Below are positions 1 to 13,130 of a DNA stretch of 64,000 bases, one piece after another. The DNA comes from the human T2T-CHM13v2.0 reference genome, Homo sapiens. Location: assembly GCF_009914755.1 (NCBI RefSeq), contig NC_060935.1; one strand, written 5' to 3'. A program made the translations under genes and the position numbers. Each line of letters begins with the position of its first letter. The stretch's first letter is position 1. The notes below the pieces were generated by a model, which ran no database searches, was not told the origin of the DNA, and saw only the letters and a program-made list of their open reading frames with translations.

Positions 1-499
1 TGCTGGGACCAGGTGGGGCTAGAGGCTCTGTAGAATTTAGACAGGAATTTTACATCAGAACTAGACACAGATTTAGTAAGAGTGTGGGGACAACCATTGG
101 AGTTCTATGGAAATTGGCAAGCAGTTGATCCTGCAAATGGCTTGGCCCAGAGAAATCTCAGTACCCCAGGAAGAAGGATGACATCATTCTTGTGGACACT
201 TCTGGTTCCCCTGGTGCCTAAGAGGCCAATAAAGAGCTGAGCACTGGTCCAGCAGCCTCTCTCTTTGAGGGTCCTGGGGTGCCGGGCACTTTCCTCCTGC
301 AGCCTTGGCAGGACCTGCAACCTGCCTGCTTTTGTATTACCAGCCCTTGGAGAAAGAGACTCTGTCCTGTTTGCCATCAACCAGACCTGATCCCACTGAG
401 CCAACAGAGAAAAAGAACATGCATCTGAAAGATCCTACCAGCTGGAGAAAGATGAGTCACAACCAACAGAACACAATCTCAGCAAAACAGAGCTGTTGG

Positions 500-3400
500 A
501 GGAAATGAGTAAAAAAGCAATAAGAAAACCTAAAGAAATTTAAGTGCATTTCAAAAGGACTTTCTAAAGGAAAGAAAAGTCGTCACCAATTTAGTAGATG
601 TAACTGAAGGAGTTAATGGTCACTGTTGAGGGCCACCCATGTTGGTGGCTTAGAGGATCAAAGCACAGAGCAAAATCCGATGGAAATCATGAGAAAAAAG
701 CAGATAAAATCATGAGAAAAAATGAGAGAGAGACTGGGAGAATGGAACCAGGGGACAACTTGGAATGAATAGGATTTACAATAGGATACAAAGGAACAGT
801 TAAAGAAGAGGCAATAATTAAATATATAAGAAAAATTTCTGAAAAGACTTGAGTCTATATATGGAAGGGTCTAGCCAAGTTCCAGGTCAGGTTGATGAAA
901 AAAGTGAGACCCAACATACTCTACTAAAAATTCCTGAACTCTAAATACCACAAGAAAATCCTGTAAGTTTTTAGACAGGAAGAACAGATTACTTATAAGG
1001 GAATAAGAGGAAGATTAGCATCAGACTTCTCATCTGGAAGCTAGAAGATACTGGAGTGAAAACTATAGCAACTACACAACCTAAGAATCCAATGTCCAGC
1101 CAAGATATTCCCCCATCAAGGCCAAAAAAAAAAAAAAAAAAAAAAAAAAAACCCAAAAAACAAAAACAAACAAATGAAAAAACCAAACAAACAAACTACC
1201 ATGATTTGAAGACATGCAATCCTCTAGCGTATATTTCACTCCCATTCACTATCTCAGCAAAATACTTGAAAAAGACTCAAAACAAATAGCAAATGAACTA
1301 GACTGGGAAGAAAATGAAGTGGAGAGGAAACAGTATTGAGCAAAGAACCTTGCTCTCTGTAGATCCTGAACCAGTAAGCAGTCTGCATCCCTGGAGCTGG
1401 AAGTGTAGGAGCAGAGAGGAGACCAAGACTTGGAGAAAGAATTTCCAATGAAAATAGGCCGCAAAACTAAACAGGTTCTTAACTCAGATTTATCTAATAG
1501 TTAAAGAAAGATAGTTGCAATGTTAAATAAACTTTTCTATATCGTGAAAAAATGAAGAAGATGTTAATTCACTTTATAATAGATTCCATCTTATTTTAAT
1601 ACTCAGCTCTAATAAAGTATAATTGAAAATTTAAAAACTATAAATCAATCTAACTTAAGAGTACTGATGCAAAAAATAAAATAAACAGCAGATAGAATCT
1701 AGTGGAGTTTTAAAAGAATACTGTACTGTGATCTAATAAGATTTATTTTAGAAATGCAAGAAAAGATGGATATAAATATCTGTATCAGTATAACTCTAAC
1801 GAACAAATGGAAAGAGATTAAAAGAGCTAACTGAAACAGAAAAATTACAAAATTACATTAGTAGATTTTGGAAAGGCATTTTATAAAATTCTTATAAAAG
1901 ACAGTTAAGTAATACAGGAATAGAAGTAAACAACCTAAATATAATAAAGATCAGTCATGATACCTACCAGCAAGTATTACCTTAAGTGACAAAACACTAC
2001 ATCTATTTCTGTCAAAATCAGGCACTGAAAAGGAATATTCTCATCATCATTATACAACATTGTGTTGGAGTGGTAGTGAATGAAATAAGTCAAGAAAAGA
2101 AGTATGCATTTTTTTTAACCTTTCAAAGTCCCCAAGACTCTACTTTTAGATATTAAAAAAGGCTACTCAAGTTAGTAAAATAATTTTGTAAGGTAGCTGG
2201 AATAAGATTCATATACAAATACTAAAACTTGTCTTTTTTAGTAAGTAAGAAGTCAGAAATGGAAAAAACTCATTTATAACTTTAAGTACTAAATGAATAT
2301 ATTAAGAAAGACACAGACTTAAATGAGGAAAGCTATACAACCTTATTGAGGGACACACAACAATATCTAAACATTTGGAAAGACTTTCTTTTTCCAAAGG
2401 AAAACATTTAGTACAAAAGTAATTTCTTCAAAAATTTATGTACAAACTTTAGGTAATTTCTGTCAACATCCCAACAGAGTTATTATCCTGGAAATTAAAC
2501 AATCTTGCAGTGTATATGGAGGAAGGATTTTTTAAATTTTTTAATTTTCAGTATTTTTAATTGACACATAATTACACATATTTTTCAGGTAGAGTGTAAT
2601 ATTTCCATACATGTATGTATATAATGTGTGATGCTCAAATCAGGGTAATTAGTATATCCATCACCTCAAACATTTATCATTTGTTTGTGTTGGGAACATT
2701 CAAAATGTGCTCTTCTAGCTATGTGAAAATATATAATAAATTGTTTATTATTCACTCTATAGTGCTATAGAAATCTAGAACTTACTCTTCCTATCTAGCT
2801 GTAATTTTCTATCTGTTTGGAAGAGTGAGTTTTTTTTAGACTAACAAAGAGAAATATGCAAAACAAAATTGAAGGGGAAACTTCCCTTACCAGATATTAT
2901 GATCCACTTTTAAGACAATGAGATAATATCAACATGATACTGGTGTTGGGAAAAACAAAGAGATTAGTGGAACAGAATAGATAATCCATAAATAAAGCTT
3001 GATGTGTGTGAGAATTTAATGTGTTCCAGCAGGAAAAGGCTGGATTTAATGATATGGTCTTGGGATTCCTGGTTCTCCATCTGTTTGAAAGCAAAACTGG
3101 ATTCTTTTCATAAGCATACGATAATACAAATCTTGCAAAACAAATTGGGATTTAACTTGTATAATCTGATGGCAGGGGAGGTCATAACCAAAGAAAATAT
3201 TTTACCAAAAAAAATGAAAAAAAAAAAAACCAAGTACATGATAGTCATAGAAAAAAAATCAGTGAAAAGCAGGATTAATAGCCATACATCTAATAATTTA
3301 CAAACAACTTTTACAATTGTCATAAAGGGACAAACCACCCAGTGGAAAAATGGACAAATGGTATGCAGAGACTATTTGCAGAAGAAAAACTCCAGATGGC

Positions 3401-3530
3401 CAAAGCCTTATGAAAAGATATTAAAAGTCACTGGTGTTCAGGGAATCCAATTTTAAGTAACAGTGAGATATGAAAAAACATCAAAGGCCAAAATTTAAGA
3501 TAGCATTAACTTTCATTGCTGGTGGGAATA
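500..3530 (+). mobile_element. Ancient L1M/L1ME-type LINE remnant (degraded ORF1/ORF2), interrupted by a younger L1 3' end
   Basis: A-rich strand; ORF1-like text near 840-1110 (aaagacttgagtct..., agattagcatcagacttctca) and ORF2-like text further on; heavily diverged, boundaries approximate. Confidence 0.6.
2545..2815 (-). mobile_element. L1MA-type 3' end fragment
   Basis: ttttaattgacacataatt...tccatcacctcaaacatttatcatttgtttgtgttgggaacattcaaaat matches the reverse-strand L1MA 3'UTR. Confidence 0.75.
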
Positions 3531-3544
3531 TGGAGAAGAGTCCT

Positions 3545-3983
3545 GCTTTCTTCTTTTATTTTTTCCTTTATTTGTTCTTAAAAAAAAACAAAACAAAACC
3601 GAGGATACGTGAGCAGAATGTGCAGGTTTGTTACACAGGTATACATGTGCCATGGTGGTTTGCTGTACCTATTGACCTGTCCTCTAAGTTCCCTATCCTC
3701 ACCTCCCACCACCCAATGGGCCCTGGTGAGTGTTGTTCCCCTCCCTGTGTCCATGTGTTCTCAATGTTCACCTCCCACTTATGAGTGAGAACATGCAGTA
3801 TTTGGTTTTCTGTTCCTGTGTTAGTTTGCTGAGGATTATGGCTTCCAGCTTCATCCATGTCCCTGCAAAGGACATGATCTCATTCCTTTTCATGGCTACG
3901 TACTATTCCATGGTGTATATGTACCACATTTTCTCTATCCAGTCTATCCTTCATAGGCATGTGGGTTGGTTCCATGTCTTTGG
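3545..3983 (-). mobile_element. L1PA (about L1PA8) 3' end, 5'-truncated
   Basis: L1PA 3'UTR (gtgcaggtttgttacacaggtatacatgtgccatggtggtttgctg); TSD ggagaagagtcct at 3532-3544 and 3984-3996. Confidence 0.9.
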
Positions 3984-4114
3984 GGAGAAGAGTCCTCTTA
4001 TACAATGCTGGTGGAAATATAAATTGTTAGTTTTTGTGAAAATCAAACTGTCAAACACCATTAAAATTAACACTGTACATTCCTTTCTGTTCAGTAATTC
4101 CACTGCTGTGACTT

Positions 4115-4476
4115 TGATATGGTCTGTATGTTTTGTCATGCCCCCACATTTATATGTTCAAACCTATTCATCAATGTGATAGTATTAGAAGGTGAGACCT
4201 TTTGGGAGGTGAATAGATCAAGGGGTAAAATCCTCATGAATGGGTTTAGTGCCTCATAAAAAAGGCCCCAGAAAGATGTCTTGCCCCTTCCATCATGTGA
4301 GGATACAATGAGAATGTGCCATCTATGAACCAGAAAGTGGGTCCTCCCCAGATACTGAATCTGCTGGTACCTTGATCTTGGACTTCCCAGTCTCTAGAAC
4401 TGTGAGAAATAAATTTCTGTTTATCAGCCATCCAGTTTAAGGTATTTTGTTATAGTAGCCTGAGCTAAGTATGACA
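4115..4476 (+). mobile_element. MaLR solo LTR (MLT1A/A0-like)
   Basis: TG...CA termini; cttgatcttggacttcccagtctctagaactgtgagaaataaatttctg motif; 5-bp TSD gactt at 4110-4114 and 4477-4481. Confidence 0.9.
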
Positions 4477-4519
4477 GACTTTATCCTGTAAGGACAAAAA
4501 TACTAGTATGTGGAGATGC

Positions 4520-4975
4520 TGTGAAGGGTAATTTTATGTGTCAATGTGACTGGGCCAAAGGGTGCCCAGACATTTGGTCAAACATTATTCTGGGTGTGTC
4601 CGTGAGGATGTTTCTGGATGAGGTTAACATTTGAATCAGTAGACTGAGTAAAGCAGGCTGCCCTCCACAGTGTGGGTGGGGCTCATCTAATCAACTGAAA
4701 CCCTGACTAGAACAACAATGCTGACCCTTCCTCCAGTAAGAGGGACCTCCTTCTGCCTGACTTCCCTGAGCTGGGACATTGCTCTTTTCTTTTCTTCTGC
4801 CATGAACTGAAACATTGGCTCTTGTTGAGTCTTGAGCCTGCTGGCTTTTGGACTGGAACTTAAACCATCAGCTCTCCTGGGGCTCCAGCCTGCTGATTGC
4901 AGATCTTGGGACTTTTCAGCCTCCAATTTTACATAATAAATCTCTTTCTCTCTCTCTCTCTCTTGACTTTTATAT
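4520..4975 (+). mobile_element. ERVL LTR (MLT2 family)
   Basis: tgtgaagggtaattttatgtgtcaa...ggtcaaacattattctgggtgtgtccgtgagg...gtagactgagtaaagcag is the MLT2 5' signature. Confidence 0.85.
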
Positions 4976-7959
4976 GTGTGTGTATAAAATATATACATAA
5001 AACATGCACACACACACACATACACATGGGAAACAAAGTCAATGTTTATCAGGAGGGGAGTGGTTTTGTCAATTATTATATTTTCATTCACACCGTAATA
5101 TCTTATGCAGGCATTGAAAAAGCAAAATCAAAAGCAAGACCAAATGAAAACAAACCTGTAACTCCATTGCTTTACTTGGAGGGACTTCCATGAACTGGTT
5201 TATAGTGAGAAAAGCAAGATGCAAAGCGCTTAAAATATAATCCCATTTATGTAAAACATTGCCTTATCTCTTATATATGTATATTATATATATATATGTG
5301 TGTTTATATTATTATATGAGCACAAAGAAAAATAAGGAAGGACACATGCTAGGTTGTCACCAGAAGATTCCTCGCTGGGGAACGGGGCTGTCATGTGAGT
5401 GGAGCTTTAAGAATGAATGGGAGCAGGGGAGCAAAACAAAACAAAAAACCAAGATGTCTGATATGGTATATTTATAAATTTGATTACAAATGTTTATATA
5501 TGTATAAGGAATTTTAAAAATAAAATTTTAAGAAAGGAAGAAGAAATAGAGGAGAAAAAACTGATGAATGGGGCTGCCATTGACTCTGCAGGTCTAGCCT
5601 CATTGGAAGACCAAATTGACTTTGGTTAAGATGGCAACTTCATGGCACCTCCTGACTAACATCATTGAGTCATTTTGTCCATCATACAAGATAAGCCACT
5701 TGACCAAAACCATATGCTGTTTTGGGGTCAGCTTTAAAACTAAAGATGGAGTTAGATATACCAGATGTGAGTAGGCCAGTTTGGCACACCAGAGGACTCT
5801 GTATTACATTTTGAAAATAATCAAGGCACTGATACAGTGGGTCTGACAATGTTGTTTATGAAAACTAAAAAGGCCTAGAAAGGTTCCCTCATTCTATGCC
5901 CTAGAGTAGAAGACACCGTCCTGAGTTGTTCCAGTGCGACTATTAACTTAAGAGTCTTTGCATTCTTCTAAGTGCCAAGTGATACTTATACGATGCCGTG
6001 GTTTTCTTGGTGAATTCAGGGGAACCCAGTGTCTCCACTGCACCTTTATAACTTTAGAGTACCAGAGCAGATTTCCATATTCACTTGTAGTAAAAGAATC
6101 CAACTCTTTGCCTCTTTTATTCTTGCCGTGAATTGTTGCTCAGCAGTGTGAAAATGTTGCCTGAATTAGTCAGGAGGGGAGGCGCATCTGCCCTTCCAGT
6201 AATGACCTGCTGCCTGCCCTGAGCAATTACAGGAAGGGCAAGTGTGGTGGGGTCTGCTGGGAAGGAGGGAAGTCCTGAAGAGAGGTCAGGTAGCTTCTTT
6301 TCCATTGTTAGTGAATTGGCCCAGCACTCGACTGCTTGCCAGGAGTCTGGGGTGGGAACATTTGCAGCTGCAAAATGGTCTTTCTGGCCTCTTAAGAGGA
6401 GGTAGTGGCATGAAGATGTCTGAATGGGCATCACTTAGACATCTTCCTGCAGGTATTCAGCAGACTCCATCTGTCTGAGGAGGGCACTGGGTTCCCTCAA
6501 GGTAGGATTTCTTGCTTGGCTTCTGCTGAGCATGATGTCAGCACAGACGGTGGCTGGATTTTCTCCCCACTTGGTCATCTTGTTCCAAGGATGATGCTTT
6601 ATGAAAACTGAAAGAGTTAAACAAATTCCTTCTGTCCAAGATAAACTGTATCACGCTGTTCTCTCTGTTCCTTCTTTATCTTGCATCCTTGTGTTCCAGC
6701 CTCCCCACCCTGTCCTTCCACTGCAATGTTTCACATCGTCAGCCAGAGTGTTTAAGTCTCCATATGTTTACATCTATACTAGTAATTGACATCTCAGATG
6801 GACCTCTGGAGACAAAATAAATTCTTATTTTTCTGAATGCTTTTGATTAGGATTTGAAAGAATCTTTTGACCAAAACCAACTTGGGGTTTGGGGTTTTAA
6901 AATTTTATTTGAAGAAATACCAAGACTATTTAATTGGTACCAGCCTGGAGAAAAGGAGTGAGAAAAGAAAGAGCCCGTGAATGTAGGGAGGGTAAATTAT
7001 GGCAGGTCCAGTCGTCAGGATATCCAATTTTTCGGGCTACAGATTGGGACACATAGCCTGGCAAATATGTTTGTAAAAATGGAAGTATTATAATAAGGCA
7101 GACTGTTCTATATTTTGGCTGTCTCAGAACTTAAAGCAATAAGCATCTATTTAGGTTTACAGAACAAGGAAACAGAGTGAACCACGTGATTTGAATTCCA
7201 AGGGAAACAAAATATTCGTTTCATTGTTGCCTCTGAAATCCCATTGGTCCTAGAGGATTTCAGAGGCAGGAGCCCTATTCTGTTGAATAATGATTTAGCG
7301 GAGTCACATTATGGCATAACGTCTGCCTGCTTCTCAAGTCAATGATTAGGAAATTGATTTGGAGTGATTTCTGGCCAGTTTTATGGACCTGGCCTCCAGA
7401 TTGCTAATGTTTCAAGGAGGCTGGGAACAAAGTAATTAAGGACATTTGCTGTAGGTTTCTGTCCTGAGTGTTGCTTCTGGGCATATTCTGCGCTTGAAAA
7501 TGAAATTAGAAATTTAAAACCACAATCAACATCTCCTCTGCCATTTTCTAGCTTATGCTGAAACCCCTGGTTTCTGTCTTTCATGCTCGAGGAAATGAAA
7601 ATGGACCCCTTGATTACTTGTGTCCCCAAGTTGTTGCTCATGTGTCCATTGAGAGGCATGTTAATTGCTCATACAGGTCAGAAATATAAGCCACCAGGAT
7701 TTTTCAGGGTAGAGCCAAATTGTTGTTCATGTAAGATTTCTCAAAATCCCTCATAATAGACTGAAAACAACTTATTCTGAATTTGGAATATGTAAAAAAT
7801 CGCTTTAATTAATTGAATTTCCATCTTTTCTGACAAACTTTTAAAAAATTGAGTTTGTTTCTTTCAAAAATTGGGGGTAAATTGTGCCACATTTAGGTGT
7901 ATAGTTCTTGCTTAAAAAATAACATCTTCTTATTACCTCTAATGAGGGAGCATTTTATG

Positions 7960-8150
7960 AACATCACAGGGTCCTAGAGCTGGAAGAGACCTAGCAGTCA
8001 TGATATTCATCCCCTTCATTTTATAGGCAAGACATATACAAAATGTTCAGAGAGGTTGTATTGGCCCCACAGGTAGTTAAAAGTTCAGCAAGATCGACAC
8101 CTGGCTTTCCTGACTGTCTGGTGCTCTTTCCACTTGACTATATTGCACTG
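7960..8150 (-). mobile_element. MIR SINE fragment
   Basis: agagctggaagagacctag...ccccttcattttatag...cagagagg MIR core-like text. Confidence 0.55.
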
Positions 8151-8351
8151 AAGAACATATTGGCCAACTGTCTTCCTTACCTTGAAGACCACAGTTTTCA
8201 GTACAGCTAGAGGTTGCGATGGCTCTGCCCTGTTGGTACAGTCTTCTAGTGACTCCATGGCTTGACCTTATAAGCATCACCTCTTTCTCTTTAATTTTTA
8301 ATTTTAATTTTTGTGGGTACATAATAGGTGTGTATATTTATGGGGGTATAA

Positions 8352-8651
<300 letters not shown>

Positions 8652-10548
8652 TGAAATATTTTGATATAGGCATAGAGTGCATAATAATCACATCATGTAA
8701 AATGAGCTATCTATCCCTTCAAACATTTATCTTTTGTGTTACAGACAATCCAATTATGGCCTTTTAGTTATTTTAAAATGTACAATTAAATTATTATCGA
8801 CTATAGTCACCCTTTGTGCTACCAAATACTAGGTCTTTTTCATTCTTTCTAATTATTTGTAACCATTAACCATCCCCATCTCCTCCCCACCCTCCCACTA
8901 CCCTGCCCAGCCTCTGGTAATCATCCTTCTACTCTCTATCTCTATTAGTTCAATGGTTTTGATTTTTAGATCCCACAAAAAAGTGAGCATCTGCGATGTT
9001 TGTCCTTCTGTGCCTGGCTTATTTCACTTCACATAATGATATCCAGTTCCATCCATGTTGTGACAAATGACAGAATCTCATTTTTTTTATGGCTGAATAG
9101 TACCCCATTGTGTATATGTATCACATTTTCTTTATCCATTTATCTGTTGATGGACTTTTAGGTTGTTTCTAAATCTTGACTATTGTGAACACTGTTGCAA
9201 CAAACATGAGAGTGCAGATATCTCTTTGATATACTGACTTTCTTTCTTTTGGGTGTATACCCTGCAGTAGGGTTGCTGAATCATTTGGTAGTTCTACTTT
9301 TAGTTTTTTGAGGAACCTCCAAACTGTTCTCCATAGTGGTTGTATTAATTTACATTTCCACCAACAGTGTTTGAGACTTCCCTTTTCTCCCTTGCCAGCA
9401 TATGTTATTGCCTGTCTTTTGGATAAAAGCCATTTTAACTGGGGTAAGATGACATGTTATTGTAGTTTCGATTTGCATTTCTCTGATGTTCAGTGATGAT
9501 GAGCACCTTTTCATATACCTGTTTAGTATTGTATGTCTTCTTTTGAGAACTGTCTATTCAAACATTTTGCCAAATTTTTAATTAGATTATTAGATTTTTT
9601 TCCTATAGAGTTGTTTGAGTACCTTTTATATTCTGGTTATTAATCCTTTGTCAAATAGGTAGTTTCCCAATATTTTCCTCCTATTCTGTGGGTTGTCTCT
9701 TCACTTTGTTGATTGCTTCCTTTGCTGTGCAGGAACTTTTTAACTTGGTGTGACCCTATTTTTCCATTTTTGCTATGGTTGCCTGTACTTTTGAAGTCTT
9801 ACTCAAGAAATCTTCGCCTAGACCAATATCCTGAAGTGTTTCCCCAATATTTTCTTTAGTAGCTTCATCAGGTCTTATATTTAAAATTTTAAGCCACTTT
9901 GATTTGATTTTTATATATTGCAAGACACAGGGGTCTAGTTTCATTCTTCTGCATATTGATATCCAGTTTTCCCTGCACCATTTGAAGAAACTGTCCTTTC
10001 TTCAGTGCATGTTCTTGGCACGTTTGTCAAAAATGAGTTCACTCTAAATGCATAAATTTAGTTCAGGGTTCTCTATTTTGTTCCATTTGTCTATGTGTCT
10101 GTTTTTATGCCAGTACCATGCTATTTTGATTACTACAGCTCTATAGTATAATCTGAAATCAGGTAATATGATGCCTTCAGTTTTGCTCTTTTTGCTTAGG
10201 ATAGGTTGTGTTTCCATACAAATTTTTGGATTGTTGTTTCTATTTTTGTAAAGAATATCGTTGGTATTTTGACAGATATCGCATTGAATCTGTAGTTTGC
10301 TTTGGGTGGTATGGACATTTTAACAATATTGATTCTTTCAATCCATGAACATGGAATATCTTTCCACTTTTTGGCATCTCTTCAATTTATTTCTTCAGTG
10401 TTTTATAGTTTTCATTGTAGAAATATTTCACTTCTTTGGTTAAGTCTGTTTCCGGGTATTTAATTTTATTTGTGGCTATTGTAAACGAGATTACTTTTTT
10501 GATTCCTTTTTCAGATTATTACTTTTTGGCACATAGAAATACTACTGA

Positions 10549-10865
<317 letters not shown>

Positions 10866-11416
10866 TGATTTTTTAATCTTGCAACTTTATTGACCTTGTT
10901 TATCAGTTCTAATAGTTTTTTGGTGGAGTCTTCAGGTTTTTCCAAATATAAACTCATATCATCTGCAAACAAGGCTAATTTGACTTCTTCCTTTCCAATT
11001 TGGATGCTCTTATTTCTTTGTCTTGTTTGATTGTTCTAGCTAGAACTTCTAGCTATGTTGAATAACGGTGGTGACAGTGGGCATTCTTGTCCTGTTCTAG
11101 ATCTTAGAGGAAAGGTTTTTAGATTTTCCCCATTCAGCATGATACTAGGTGTGGGTCTGTCATATATGGCTTTTATTATGTTGAGATATGTTCCTTCTAT
11201 ACTCAGTTTTTTTTTTAAATCATGAAGTGATGTTAAATTTTATCAAATGCTTTTTCAGCATCAATTTAAATGACCATATGGTTTTTTTCTTCATTTTGTT
11301 TTGTTCTTCAATCGTATCATGTTGATTGATTTGTATATGTTGAATCATCCTTGTATCCCAGGCATAAATCCTGCTTAGCCATGATAAATCATCTTTTTAA
11401 TGTATTCTTGAAGTCA

Positions 11417-11509
<93 letters not shown>

Positions 11510-13016
11510 TCAGGATAACACTGGCCCCATAAAAGAGTTTGGAAGTATTCCCTCTCCCTCACCTCTTCAATTTTTTTGGGAAAGTTTGAGTAGGATTTGA
11601 GTAGCTGGGGGCTAGGCTTTTCTTTGCTATGAGACTTTTTATTATGGCTTTGATCTTGTTACTTATTAGTCTGTTCAGGTTTTGGATTTCTTCCTGGTTC
11701 AATCTTGGTATGTTGTTATGTGTCTAGGAATTTGTCATTTTTTTCTAGATTTTCCAATTTACTGTCATATAGGTGCTCATAGTAACCACTAGTGATCCTT
11801 TGAACTTCTGTGGTATCAGTTGTAATGTCTCCTTTTTTTTTTTAATATCACTGATTTTATTTATTTGGATCTTTTCTCTCTCTCACTTTTTAGCTTGTCT
11901 GGCTAAATATTTGTCAATTTTATCTTTTCAAAAAAATTTTTTTGTTTCATTGATCTTTTGTATTGTTTTCTTCATTTCAATTTCATTTATTTCTGCTCTG
12001 ATTGTTATTATTTATTTTCTCCTACTAATTTTGCATTTGGTTTGCTTTTGCTTTTCTAGTTCTTTAAAATGCATCATTAGGTTGTTTATTTGAAGTTTTT
12101 CTTCTTGTTACATGCAGGCACTTATAAACTTCCTCCTTAGTAGCACTTTTGCTGTGCCCCATAGCTTTTGGTATGTTGTGTTTCCATTATCATTTGTTTA
12201 AGAATTTTTTCATAATTTCTCCATTGACCCACTGGTCATTTAGGAGCATATTTCTTAAATGTTCATGTGTTTACATAGTTTCTAAAATTCCTCTTCTTAC
12301 TGAGTAAGAGTTCTATTCCACTGTGGTCAGAGAAGACACTGGATATTATTTTAATTTTTCTGAATTTTTAAAAGACATGTTTTGTGACCTAATACATGGT
12401 CTATTCTTGATACTAATCTATGTTCTGAAGAAAAGAATGTGGTTCTGCAACCATTGGGTAAGCTGGTCTATAAACATCTATTAGGTTTATTTGGTCTGTA
12501 ATGCAGAGTAAGTCTGATGTTTTTGTCATTTTCTTTCTGGAAGATCTGTCTAATGCTCAAAGTGGGGTGTTGAAGTCTCCAGCTATTATTGTATTGGGGT
12601 CTATCTCTTTAGCCCTAATAATATTTGCTTTTTATATCTAGGTGTTCCAGTGTTGGGTTCATATATATTTACAATTGTATATCCTCTTGGTGAGTTGACT
12701 CCTTTATTGTTATATGATGACCTTCTTTGTCTCTTCTTTTAGTTTTTGTCTTAAAATCTATTTTGTCTGATATAAATGTAGCTACTCCTGCTCTTTTTGG
12801 CTTTCATTTTCATTTTTTAATTTTCAGATTGTGTCTTTATAGGTTAAGTGTGTTTCTTGTAGGCAACAGATCATTCAGTCTGGTTTTTCCCCCTCCATTC
12901 AGCCATTCTATATCTTTTGATTGGAGAGTTTAGTCCATCTACATTCAATATTATTATTGATAAATAAGGACTTACTCCTGCCATTTTGTTACTTATTTTC
13001 TGGTTGTTGTGTGGTC

Positions 13017-13020
13017 TTGT

Positions 13021-13084
<64 letters not shown>

Positions 13085-13130
13085 TTCTCTCTCTTTCTTT
13101 CCTTCTCTCTCTCTCTCTTTCTTTCTTTCC
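13017..13130. repeat. (TTTC)n/(TC)n microsatellite
   Basis: Long run of tttc followed by ct repeats within L1. Confidence 0.95.
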
